A stretch of 37,514 nt of DNA, from the NCBI GenBank assembly GCA_963932775.1, contig CAWVVG010000002.1, forward strand, positions 1 to 37,514, written 5' to 3'. Positions 17,705 through 26,022 of this stretch are shown here, piece by piece. Under the pieces are notes generated by a model. The model ran no database searches. It was not told where the DNA came from and saw only the letters and a program-made list of their open reading frames with translations. The stretch is from an uncultured bacterium. GTDB taxonomy: Bacteria; Myxococcota_A; UBA796. The number at the start of each line of letters is the position of its first letter. Within the stretch, counting starts at the first letter, position 1. The position numbers and the translations under genes were made by a program.

Positions 17705-19698
17705 GCTCCCACCACCAGCGCAGACAACTCCCGTATCAGATCTCGAAGCTCGGCTGCCCGCTCGAACTCCAGCTTTGAGGCAGCGGACTTCATCTGCTTC
17801 TTCAGCCGGGCAATCTCGGCCTCGGGCTTTGAAGCCTTATTTGCCGCCACTTGGCTCGCCACGGACTGGGTCTTGTCCACATTGAGGCTCCCCCCACGGA
17901 GCAGGTCATCGAGCGGCGAGTCCACCGCCTTCTTAATGGTCTCGGGGGTAATTCCATGCTCGATATTGTAGGCCTCTTGGACTTCCCGACGGCGGTTGGT
18001 CTCGTCGATGGCCAGCGCCATGGAGGCTGTGGTCTTTTCTCCGTACAGAATGGCCCTGCCGTTCACGTTTCGAGCCGCCCGGCCAATGGTCTGAATCAGG
18101 CTGGTTCGGTTCCTTAGAAACCCTTCTTTGTCCGCGTCGAGAATGGCCACAAGAGAGACCTCAGGAATGTCGAGGCCTTCTCGGAGCAGGTTGATGCCCA
18201 CCAGCACATCGAACTCACCGAGGCGCAGGTCTCGAATGATCTCCATTCTCTCCAGGGTGTCGATATCCGAGTGCAGATACCGAATCCGAACACCGAGCTC
18301 TCGGTAGTAGTCTGTGAGTTCCTGGGCCATGCGCTTGGTGAGCACCGTCACCAGGGCGCGCTCACCGGCCTTGGCGAGGGCCCTCAATTCACCGAGCAAG
18401 TCATCGACTTGGTGAACCACTGGTCGCACCTCTACAACCGGATCGAGCAGCCCAGTGGGACGAATAATCTGCTCCACCACCACGCCCTCGGCGCGCCTCA
18501 GCTCGTACTCTCGGGGGGTCGCAGACACGTAGACAACCTGGTCCTGCAGGGCCTCAAATTCTTCAAACTTGAGGGGCCGATTGTCCATGGCAGACGGCAG
18601 GCGAAAGCCGTGGTCTACCAACGTCTCCTTGCGGCTGCGGTCGCCCTTAAACATGCCTCCAACCTGAGGCACGCTCACATGGCTCTCGTCAATGATGAGC
18701 AGCCACTCTTTGGGAAAGAATTCAATGAGGGTCGGCGGGGCTTCGCCTTTTTCCCGCCCCGATAGATGCCGGCTGTAATTTTCGATGCCCTTGCACCGGC
18801 CAGTCTCCCGGATGAGCTCCAAGTCAAAGCCCGTCCGCTCTTCGAGCCGCTGGGCCTCCAGGAGCTTTCCACTGGAGTTGAGGTCTTCCAAGCACCCCTT
18901 GAGTTCCTCCTCGATGTCCACCATCGCCCGATCCATCTGGTCTTTAGGCGTGACGTAGTGGCTCGCAGGGTAGATGGCGACGGTCTCCAATTCCTCCAGG
19001 CGCTGACCACGAAGGGGATCGACCAGGCTGATCCGCTCCACCTCATCGCCAAACAACTCGATGCGAATGGCCACCTCATCCTCGGACGCTGGAAATACCT
19101 CGATCACATCGCCACGCACCCGAAAGGTCCCCCGGTGAAAGTCGTGATCGTTTCGGGAATAGAGGATCTCCACCAAGGCCTGGAGCAGCTTGCCTCGGGG
19201 CCAGTCGTCTCCCACATCAATGCGCACCAGCATCCCGTCATAGGCCTCCTTGGAGCCCAGGCCATAGATGCAGGACACGGAGCTCACGATGATCACATCC
19301 TTGCGCTCGAGCAGAGACTTGGTGGCCCGGTGCCGGAGCTTATCGATGTGCTCATTGATGAGCAGATCCTTCTGGATGTAGGTGTCCGAAGAAGGCATAT
19401 AGGCTTCTGGCTGGTAGTAATCGTAGTAGCTGACGAAGTACTCAACGGCGTTGTTGGGAAACAAACCCCTGAACTCACCGTACAGCTGGGCGGCCAGGGT
19501 CTTGTTGTGGCTAAGCACCAAGGTGGGCCGATCCGTGTGCTGGATCAAGTGAGCCATGGTGAAGGTCTTTCCCGTACCGGTGGCACCCAGCAGCACCTGA
19601 TGACCCACGCCCTGGTCGATCCCATCGCACAGGGCAGCGATGGCCGTGGGCTGGTCTCCCGCGGGTGTGAATGTCGAAGTCAGGTCAAAGCGTCCCAC
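17701..19698 (-). CDS. uvrB: Excinuclease ABC subunit B
   Basis: 665 aa, GTG start. Characteristic elements are [11 protein letters not shown], the Walker [13 protein letters not shown], the helicase motifs, and the C-terminal UVR domain [27 protein letters not shown]. Confidence 0.97.
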   Translation of the reverse strand: MGRFDLTSTFTPAGDQPTAIAALCDGIDQGVGHQVLLGATGTGKTFTMAHLIQHTDRPTLVLSHNKTLAAQLYGEFRGLFPNNAVEYFVSYYDYYQPEAYMPSSDTYIQKDLLINEHIDKLRHRATKSLLERKDVIIVSSVSCIYGLGSKEAYDGMLVRIDVGDDWPRGKLLQALVEILYSRNDHDFHRGTFRVRGDVIEVFPASEDEVAIRIELFGDEVERISLVDPLRGQRLEELETVAIYPASHYVTPKDQMDRAMVDIEEELKGCLEDLNSSGKLLEAQRLEERTGFDLELIRETGRCKGIENYSRHLSGREKGEAPPTLIEFFPKEWLLIIDESHVSVPQVGGMFKGDRSRKETLVDHGFRLPSAMDNRPLKFEEFEALQDQVVYVSATPREYELRRAEGVVVEQIIRPTGLLDPVVEVRPVVHQVDDLLGELRALAKAGERALVTVLTKRMAQELTDYYRELGVRIRYLHSDIDTLERMEIIRDLRLGEFDVLVGINLLREGLDIPEVSLVAILDADKEGFLRNRTSLIQTIGRAARNVNGRAILYGEKTTASMALAIDETNRRREVQEAYNIEHGITPETIKKAVDSPLDDLLRGGSLNVDKTQSVASQVAANKASKPEAEIARLKKQMKSAASKLEFERAAELRDLIRELSALVVGA

Positions 19699-19701
19699 AG
19701 A

Positions 19702-20895
19702 TCACTCCCGCCTTGGACTGTTGATCGCCGCCACCGCGCACAGCACACCCAGCATAAGCAGGCCAAAGAACTTGGACTCTTGAAGCCACCAATGGGCCCA
19801 TGGCATCACCTTCTGTAGCGGTCGCAGCCAATACAAGGGCCACGCAGTGAAGAAATAAGCCGGAACACCAACCACCCAGCCCAACCGACCCAAGCGGCCA
19901 TCCAGCAGGGCGGAACCCACCACGGCGGCAGGAAAGAGCGCCATGACCAGGTGATGCTCATAGGTGTAGACCGGCGTGATCAACATCAGCACTGTGAAGG
20001 CACCAAACAGGGCCGCATTGCCCAGGCGATCTCGCGGGGTCCGGGCAATCCAGCCCACAACAGCCAGTAAAATAAGGCTGCACAGCTTGCTTCCCCGGGC
20101 ACTGATTTCGCTCAAAGAGTGCTTGTCCGGCCCCGGCCACGCCTGGTTGAACAGATCCGGAATCGAGTGGTTGGCAGGCAACCCAATGCGCACGGTCAGC
20201 CCGTGGTAATGACCGCTCGAGAAGCCGGGTAGAATCTCGGTGTAGAAACGCATCTGGGTCTCGAAGTCCACCCACGGCAATGCCAACACGCTGGACCCAA
20301 CCGCCACACCGATGGCCGCTGCAACCGGCCGCCATGCCCGCCGTGCGGCCCAAGCGACCAGGTACAATGCCGGGGACATCTTGGCCATGGCTGCCGCCCC
20401 CACCAAGGCGCCACTGCGCAGCCACAGGCCCGCCACAGCCGCACTCAGCACCAGCAAATTGGCCTGACCCATCTTCGCGTTGTCGGTGATCGGCGTAAAG
20501 CTCAACAGCAGCACGCCCAGCACCGACCACGGCGCACGAAACCAAAGGCGAAACGTAGCCAAGCACACAAAGAGAAACAGCTGGTTGAACCAGAAGAAGA
20601 TCTGGGCTGAAGTCATCAACTCAAAAGACGGCGACCACACCATGGACAGTAAAAAAGGTGGCGGGTAAAAATATGGATGCACACTCTTGCGAGCGGAATC
20701 CGCCCGAGCCCGCTTGGATAGGTCCTTGGTCTCATAAGGGTCGCCCCCATCGAGCATCTGGGCCGCAGCATAGTGGTAGGTTGCAAAGTCCCGGCCGTGC
20801 TTGGCATTGGCGACCTTGGTCCAAGACGGCACCACGCTCAGCCCCGCATATGCGAGCAAAAACAACACCAGCACCCATGGTCTTGGACGTCCCAT
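19702..20895 (-). CDS. Polytopic membrane glycosyltransferase, GT87/DUF2029-like (polyprenyl-phosphate-mannose-dependent type)
   Basis: 397 aa with about 10 TM helices. The N-terminal loop KHGRDFATYHYAAAQMLDGGDPY is the characteristic DUF2029/GT87 opening motif (D/E-F..Y..A......G..pY). It lies 3 nt upstream of uvrB. Confidence 0.7.
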   Translation of the reverse strand: MGRPRPWVLVLFLLAYAGLSVVPSWTKVANAKHGRDFATYHYAAAQMLDGGDPYETKDLSKRARADSARKSVHPYFYPPPFLLSMVWSPSFELMTSAQIFFWFNQLFLFVCLATFRLWFRAPWSVLGVLLLSFTPITDNAKMGQANLLVLSAAVAGLWLRSGALVGAAAMAKMSPALYLVAWAARRAWRPVAAAIGVAVGSSVLALPWVDFETQMRFYTEILPGFSSGHYHGLTVRIGLPANHSIPDLFNQAWPGPDKHSLSEISARGSKLCSLILLAVVGWIARTPRDRLGNAALFGAFTVLMLITPVYTYEHHLVMALFPAAVVGSALLDGRLGRLGWVVGVPAYFFTAWPLYWLRPLQKVMPWAHWWLQESKFFGLLMLGVLCAVAAINSPRRE

Positions 20896-20904
20896 AAGCC
20901 CCCC

Positions 20905-21357
20905 TTATCGGGCCAGAGCCCGAGGGAAGGTCACTTCCATGATCTCTCCCCCCTCGATGTCCACCAAGAGCACCCGGTATGGGTCAAAAGCCAGGCGATA
21001 TTCGAGGAGCTGTCGGCGGGTCGGTGGGAAGCCAGGATCGGGGGCCTGTACACCGGTTTTCACCTCTGCAATAAAGCGTTCCCCATCCCGTTCGACCAGT
21101 AAATCTGCCCGGAGTTCCACTTCTTCTTCTTCGCCGTCTACCTCCATCCACCACAGGCAACGAACCTGCCTGTCCAACACGGTGTAGCCGTGGGCCTGCA
21201 ACAAGTCTTCAGCGGCCAGCTCTCCCGCTGAGGCGCGTTTTGCCCGCTTGACCGCCCGACGGTGCCCTTTTCCTGCACGAATGCGGCCCAAGACAAAAAG
21301 CCAGAGCACCAAACCGAGCAGCACAGCGATGATTAAATTCTGGATATCCACCATCAA
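20905..21357 (-). CDS. Membrane-anchored PD-(D/E)xK nuclease-fold protein (YraN/NERD-like)
   Basis: 150 aa. The N-terminal TM helix is IIAVLLGLVLWLFVL, followed by a basic linker. GELAAEDLLQAHGYTVLDRQ...ELRADLLVERDGERFIAEVKTG fits the G-E...D-x(n)-E-x-K layout of YraN/NERD endonuclease-like domains. Confidence 0.55.
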   Translation of the reverse strand: MMVDIQNLIIAVLLGLVLWLFVLGRIRAGKGHRRAVKRAKRASAGELAAEDLLQAHGYTVLDRQVRCLWWMEVDGEEEEVELRADLLVERDGERFIAEVKTGVQAPDPGFPPTRRQLLEYRLAFDPYRVLLVDIEGGEIMEVTFPRALAR

Positions 21358-21407
21358 CCCTCACCCGGTTTCGGGCCCGGGGCACACTCATCCAATAAGG
21401 TTGGACG

Positions 21408-22403
21408 ATGAACCCCCACCGCACCGTCGGAATCCTTGTTCCTACCGATGGAGAGACCCCCCTGGTTCCTCCTGAGGAGCGCCCCATTGGTCGGGCTGCG
21501 CTCCGCCTCGCTGGATCCGGAATCGATGTCATCTTTGGTGACACCCTGGATGGAGGCCGAATGACGGGCTTTCGCGCGGTGGCGAAGGGCTGGGAGGCCG
21601 TATCGGACGTGGTGTTGGATGGGGTGCATGACCGCTACCCAAGCCAGCTTCGGGCCACCCAATACCAAAACATACAAGACGAGCTGAGCGGGCTCCCCAT
21701 GGGAAATGCCCTCGCATTCACCCTGTTGGCCAGGGACAAACTGGTGGCCCAGAACAAGCTGGTGGCGCTGGGCATCCCCATGCCCGAAGTGACCGACAAC
21801 GCCGAAGCATTCCAGCACCACCTCGACCGGTGGGGCTCGGCCTTTCTCAAGCCCCGCTTTGGCGCTCTGGGAATCGGGGTGAGCCGGGTGGTTCCGGGGT
21901 CTGCCACGCCTGCGACCACAGGGGGCGTGGTACCAGGACGCCCCGATCCGAGCATTCTGCAAGCCGCGGTCTCTTCGCCGGAAGGCTGGGCCTCTCGAAC
22001 CGTCCGCGTATTGATTCAACGTACACCCGAGGGCGGGTGGTTTCAGGGCATCCCGGTAGTGCGCCAGAGCCGGGAAGACCCCGTCGCCAATGCGGCTCGG
22101 GGCGCCGAGGTGGCTCCCGGCCCGGCTGTGCTCGACCCACGGTGCCTTCAGCGGATCTCCGACTGTGTGCATCAACTATGCGAGGCCTTTGACCAACTCG
22201 ACGAAGCCATGCACATGGTCGAGGCGGGGGTTGACTTGGTCCTCGACCGCCACCTTCACCCTTGGCTCATCGAGGTGAACTCCCGTCCGCGAGGCCGAAT
22301 GGAGCTCCTCGCAGCGAACGATCCCCGCAGCTATGAGGATGCCCATATCGACGCCTGTGCACGGCCAATCGCGGTTATCGCGGGATGGAAAACAAGAAAC
22401 TGA
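21408..22403 (+). CDS. ATP-grasp enzyme, YheC/YheD (TTL-like) family
   Basis: 331 aa. DKLVAQNKLVALGIPMPEV, FLKPRFGALGIGV and the C-terminal VEAGVDLVLDRHLHPWLIEVNSRPRG match the ATP-grasp core of the YheC/D type. Confidence 0.7.
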   Translation: MNPHRTVGILVPTDGETPLVPPEERPIGRAALRLAGSGIDVIFGDTLDGGRMTGFRAVAKGWEAVSDVVLDGVHDRYPSQLRATQYQNIQDELSGLPMGNALAFTLLARDKLVAQNKLVALGIPMPEVTDNAEAFQHHLDRWGSAFLKPRFGALGIGVSRVVPGSATPATTGGVVPGRPDPSILQAAVSSPEGWASRTVRVLIQRTPEGGWFQGIPVVRQSREDPVANAARGAEVAPGPAVLDPRCLQRISDCVHQLCEAFDQLDEAMHMVEAGVDLVLDRHLHPWLIEVNSRPRGRMELLAANDPRSYEDAHIDACARPIAVIAGWKTRN

Positions 22404-22439
22404 ACCGGCATCGAACGCCCCCGATGTCAGCCGGTTCAG
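22400..22439. terminator. Hairpin between convergent genes (possible bidirectional terminator)
   Basis: CTGAACCGGC (22400-22409) and GCCGGTTCAG (22430-22439) form a perfect 10-bp inverted repeat, with inner ATCG/CGAT pairing. It overlaps the ATP-grasp stop codon. There is no clear U-tract. Confidence 0.4.
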
Positions 22440-22448
22440 TCTCTGTTC

Positions 22449-23132
22449 TCAGCCGTCAGTCAGTACCTGATCGACGGCTCGTCGGGCATCTAAATCCAGG
22501 TCCACAAATCGCAATCCTGCGAGCTTATGGCCCGGGGCGCAACCCCGACGAGAGATATGGCGCACCTCAGACGTGAGCGCCACACCCTTCACCCCACCAG
22601 TCTCAAGCCACACCGTGACACGGCGGCCGACCCAAAGGCCCACCACACGCCCATCGTATTGAACTGCCGCGCCCCCGCTCGACAAGTCCACGACTGGGAA
22701 GGCTTGCATTCCCTGGTTGGTCATCATCGCCACCTGATTTCCCCCGGACGGAGCAATCGGGTGGCGTTCTTCGGATCTCCGAGTGAGCCGCTGAACCGTC
22801 CCGGGTCGGGACAAGCTCCAGGTACCGGGCTCCAAGGCTTCGGTGATTCGTGAAAAGAACATAAGGCTGTCAGCACCGTGCCGATAGTCAACCCGAACAC
22901 TCTGCCCAGTCTCAATTCCTGCAGCACGGCTCCGGACTCCTTCACGGCCCATAAAGATCAATCCCAACTTATCTGGACCCCAACCAAAAGCGCCTGGGAC
23001 CCTCAAATAGCTGGACGTCATACACGCACCCACTTGCTCAAACGTGGCCTTCGTCAGGTGCCGGGCCACCGCCCGTGGGCGGACAATGTGGGGAACGGGT
23101 GCAAAGCTCATACAATCTCCGAACTGGTTCAT
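22449..23132 (-). CDS. PilZ domain c-di-GMP receptor (YcgR-like two-domain layout)
   Basis: 227 aa. The C-terminal half carries both PilZ signatures, RRSEERH and DLSSGGA. The N-terminal roughly 110 aa could be a PilZN-type domain. Confidence 0.8.
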   Translation of the reverse strand: MNQFGDCMSFAPVPHIVRPRAVARHLTKATFEQVGACMTSSYLRVPGAFGWGPDKLGLIFMGREGVRSRAAGIETGQSVRVDYRHGADSLMFFSRITEALEPGTWSLSRPGTVQRLTRRSEERHPIAPSGGNQVAMMTNQGMQAFPVVDLSSGGAAVQYDGRVVGLWVGRRVTVWLETGGVKGVALTSEVRHISRRGCAPGHKLAGLRFVDLDLDARRAVDQVLTDG

Positions 23133-23197
23133 TAGAGTTCGGAACTAGCGTTCAAAAACATGATGATTGGGCGAAAAAACATCCACCGATGTAGGCT

Positions 23198-24169
23198 GTG
23201 TTTATGTTTCTTGGTCTCTTGATCGCATGCGCCAAGCAGGTGCCGGCACCGCCTCCCCGCACCGTTACCGTGGAAGCTGGCCTGCGCGCAGAGCTCGCCA
23301 CCACTGGATCACTCAACGACAGGCTGGCCAACCCTGACGAGGCCGACCTGATCATTTTTTATGCCGGTGAACAGCGCGGCGACTTGGCGCCCTGTGGATG
23401 CCCCAGCCGCCCCAGAGGCGGACTGCCCCGGGCGGCAAGCTATATAAATGCCGCAGATAAAGGATTGTTCCTCAATGCAGGCGGCTGGCTCGACGGCGGC
23501 CAGGGACTCGACGGAAACCCCATCCCAGAGGCCAGCCTCAAGAATCAATGGATGTTTCGTGGCCTGCAGCAGATGAATGTGAGCGCCGTGAGCGTGGGCT
23601 TTGATGACCTCTTGGGGCTCTCCACGCTCGCCGAGTCCCCGCCCTCACTGCCGATGGTCAGTGCCAATCTGACCGGGCCCGGCATTCAGACCCATGTGCT
23701 TGTAGAGCACCGCGGCCTCACCATCGGAATCAGCGGGCTCTCCCACACGGGCCACCTGTCACTGACCACGCCTGGCTACACCCGGACCCCGCCGAACGAG
23801 ACGGTCGACGGAGTGCTCGAGCAGCTTGGGAAAGACAGCGACGTCGTGGTGATCTTTAGCCACGGAGCGACAGCGGCGGCCAAGCGAATCGCCCGAAAGG
23901 GGCTCGTCGATGTGGTGATCGACACCGACGCCCACCGCAGCTTCGATCCCCCCTTCCGTGTAGGCGAGACCATCTGGGTCCGGTCCCACATCCAGGGCCA
24001 GCGCCTCGGTGAGCTAAGGCTGGGCATTGTAGACAAGCAGATCACCTGGGCTCTGGACCGAAAGATCGACATGGACGACCTATTGCCCGATCATCCGGAG
24101 CAAAAGCAACTCTCAGATACCGCTCGGGCCGAACTGGAAGTACTCAAGACTCGGCTGTTTGGCCCCTAA
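23198..24169 (+). CDS. Lipoprotein with a degenerate 5'-nucleotidase/calcineurin-like metallophosphoesterase fold and a PCGC motif
   Basis: 323 aa. Lipobox LLIAC is at residues 7-11 (GTG 23198 or ATG 23204). The block order parallels the UshA N-terminal domain (IIFYAGEQRGDL, GGLPRAASYI, LFLNAGGWLDG, FRGLQQMNVSAVSVGFDDL, MVSANL, IGISGL, VVVIFSHGA, VVIDTDAH). Most metal-ligand positions are substituted. Confidence 0.6.
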   Translation: MFMFLGLLIACAKQVPAPPPRTVTVEAGLRAELATTGSLNDRLANPDEADLIIFYAGEQRGDLAPCGCPSRPRGGLPRAASYINAADKGLFLNAGGWLDGGQGLDGNPIPEASLKNQWMFRGLQQMNVSAVSVGFDDLLGLSTLAESPPSLPMVSANLTGPGIQTHVLVEHRGLTIGISGLSHTGHLSLTTPGYTRTPPNETVDGVLEQLGKDSDVVVIFSHGATAAAKRIARKGLVDVVIDTDAHRSFDPPFRVGETIWVRSHIQGQRLGELRLGIVDKQITWALDRKIDMDDLLPDHPEQKQLSDTARAELEVLKTRLFGP

Positions 24170-24178
24170 AAGCTCGAC

Positions 24179-25066
24179 CTAAAACACCCAGTAAACTCCG
24201 AGGTACGGAAGGGGCAGCACGGGCAGCTCGGGAATCCATTTCTCCCAACCCCGCACATGGAGGTTGGAGGCCTGAGTCTCCACACCGCGGCTCAGCTTGT
24301 CGTCGGCGATGGGCATGGGGTTGCCGGGGTAGATGAAATTCATCCCCACGACGATGCGCGCATTCTCACCCATCCGTGTCACAACTGTCGGGTGCACTTC
24401 CGTGTACCAACTCCCCCCATTCATGATGTTGAGTGGGTGCACCCGGACAACCATATTGAACGAGCTCTTTTCGCTGGCCTGATGCTCGTAGCCGAGCACA
24501 ACCGGCACCCGGACTCCGTGAAAAATCCAGCCGGGATTGAATTGGTTCTCCGAGATTTCGGTGACCGTATGGCCAAACGTCAGCGGCGCGCGCGCCATCG
24601 TGAGCGAATACCACCAGTCGCCACCAAATCCGGAGACAGGGTCAAACTCATCCGAGAACTGAAGCGTGACCTTCAGATGGTCGTAGTAGCCACCCACACC
24701 CATGTTCAGGCGACCCTTCTGGCCCACCCGAAACGACTGCCGAAGCATGGCTCCCGCCGTGTAAGAGGGGAAACCCATGGTCGCCCACGGCCACTCCGCC
24801 CAGACCAAGGGCTCTATGCTCGTGGCACTGTTTTCGCTCTGAGCCACCGCCCACTTAAGCTGGGCGTTGAAGCCAAAGTACTGACCCAAGATGCGAGTCC
24901 TCAAGTCCAATGAGTCTGTGAGGCCAAAGGAAGACTGACCAAGACCCAGATGGATTTGTTGGTTGCCCTCCCCGACCGTGTGAGCACTCTCTGCCATCTC
25001 GTGTGCGTTTAGCGCCCACGATGGAAGCGAGAACAAGACTGCGGCAAGAATTACAAGAACACGCAT
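24179..25066 (-). CDS. Putative outer-membrane beta-barrel protein
   Basis: The ORF track starts at 25087 (GTG). ATG 25066 follows GGAG at 6-nt spacing and gives the signal peptide MRVLVILAAVLFSLPSWA. The sequence has alternating hydrophobic/polar beta-strand-like periodicity and ends in a C-terminal aromatic (GVYWVF). Confidence 0.55.
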   Translation of the reverse strand: MRVLVILAAVLFSLPSWALNAHEMAESAHTVGEGNQQIHLGLGQSSFGLTDSLDLRTRILGQYFGFNAQLKWAVAQSENSATSIEPLVWAEWPWATMGFPSYTAGAMLRQSFRVGQKGRLNMGVGGYYDHLKVTLQFSDEFDPVSGFGGDWWYSLTMARAPLTFGHTVTEISENQFNPGWIFHGVRVPVVLGYEHQASEKSSFNMVVRVHPLNIMNGGSWYTEVHPTVVTRMGENARIVVGMNFIYPGNPMPIADDKLSRGVETQASNLHVRGWEKWIPELPVLPLPYLGVYWVF

Positions 25067-25141
25067 GGCGGTCTCCAAGACACGCACGCTACCAGCGATG
25101 CCCGCACAGCGTCAATGCAGCCCCGTTTAGGGCCGCACCAG

Positions 25142-25399
25142 CTATCCGTCGTCGCCGATGGCCTCGACTGGACAGTTCTCCAGCGCTTCGTAGCACTGGG
25201 CAAGCTCGTCATCGGAGTCGGGCTGCTTGTAGCAAATGTCGTGATCCTCATCGTCGCTCATCCGAAAGTTATTCGGAGCAGCGTCGGAGCAGACCGAGCA
25301 CAAGATGCACTCTTTATCGACAAAAAAGGCGACACGCTGACCGCTGATAGTGGCTTCACCGCCAATGTTGTCTTCCCATGTTTCTTCTTTGTCGGCCAT
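25142..25399 (-). CDS. Small acidic single-cluster ferredoxin
   Basis: The ORF track starts at 25471. ATG 25399 follows GGAGAT. CILCSVCSD plus the distal ENCPVEAI is a CxxCxxC...CP cluster-binding pattern. 85 aa, very acidic. Confidence 0.8.
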   Translation of the reverse strand: MADKEETWEDNIGGEATISGQRVAFFVDKECILCSVCSDAAPNNFRMSDDEDHDICYKQPDSDDELAQCYEALENCPVEAIGDDG

Positions 25400-25488
25400 G
25401 TCGATCTCCTCTATTTTCCGAGTAGTGTCGGATAGGTTCTGGTTTTTACCCAACCCGCCACACCTTGGCAACAGGATAGACTCCCATC

Positions 25489-26022
25489 ATGGCAATTCTA
25501 AAAGTAGCTCGCATGGGCAATCCCATCCTTCGACGGGTCGCAGACCCGATTCCTCCCGACCAAATCATGAGCCCTGCGGTTCAAATGATGATTCAAGACA
25601 TGCTCGATACCGTGCTTGAGTACGATGGCATCGGACTGGCCGCCCCACAGGTACACCAGAGTGTCCGCTTGGTGGTCCTGTCCGTAGAGGCAGAAGAGGG
25701 CTTTGAAGCTTGGATTAATCCAGTTCTAACCCCAACCACTGACGAGCATATGGTCACGACAGAAGGGTGTCTAAGCGTTCCTGATTTGAGGGGCGATGTG
25801 GCCCGGCCCACGGCCATTCGGGTCGAAGCTTATGACCATCATGGACAGCATTTTATCCGCCATCTCGAGGGATTTCCCGCCGTGATCGCTCAACATGAAT
25901 GCGATCACCTCGATGGCGTGTTGTATGTTGACAAAGTGGACTCAAAGACGCTCAGCTTCCTGTCAGAGTGGCGGCGGTTCGGCGCACACGACGACCACGA
26001 CACCGGAGAGGGTGAAGAATAA
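25489..26022 (+). CDS. def: Peptide deformylase
   Basis: All three PDF motifs are present: GIGLAAPQV, EGCLSVP, HECDHLDG. An acidic C-terminal tail follows. Confidence 0.95.
   Translation: MAILKVARMGNPILRRVADPIPPDQIMSPAVQMMIQDMLDTVLEYDGIGLAAPQVHQSVRLVVLSVEAEEGFEAWINPVLTPTTDEHMVTTEGCLSVPDLRGDVARPTAIRVEAYDHHGQHFIRHLEGFPAVIAQHECDHLDGVLYVDKVDSKTLSFLSEWRRFGAHDDHDTGEGEE

Noticed and set aside
18766-19818. 350-aa + strand ORF
   Set aside because: It is antisense to uvrB and the start of the GT87 gene. The translation has no recognisable motif. It is a high-GC artefact.
21354-22175. 273-aa minus-strand ORF overlapping the ATP-grasp gene
   Set aside because: The + strand product carries clear ATP-grasp blocks (WLIEVNSRPRG). 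The minus-strand translation is Arg/Gly/Pro-rich without motifs.
21408-22403. ATP-grasp as a graspetide (microviridin-like) RiPP ligase
   Set aside because: The flanks are only 50 nt and 45 nt and contain no short precursor ORF. The sequence looks YheC/D-like rather than RimK/MdnC-like.
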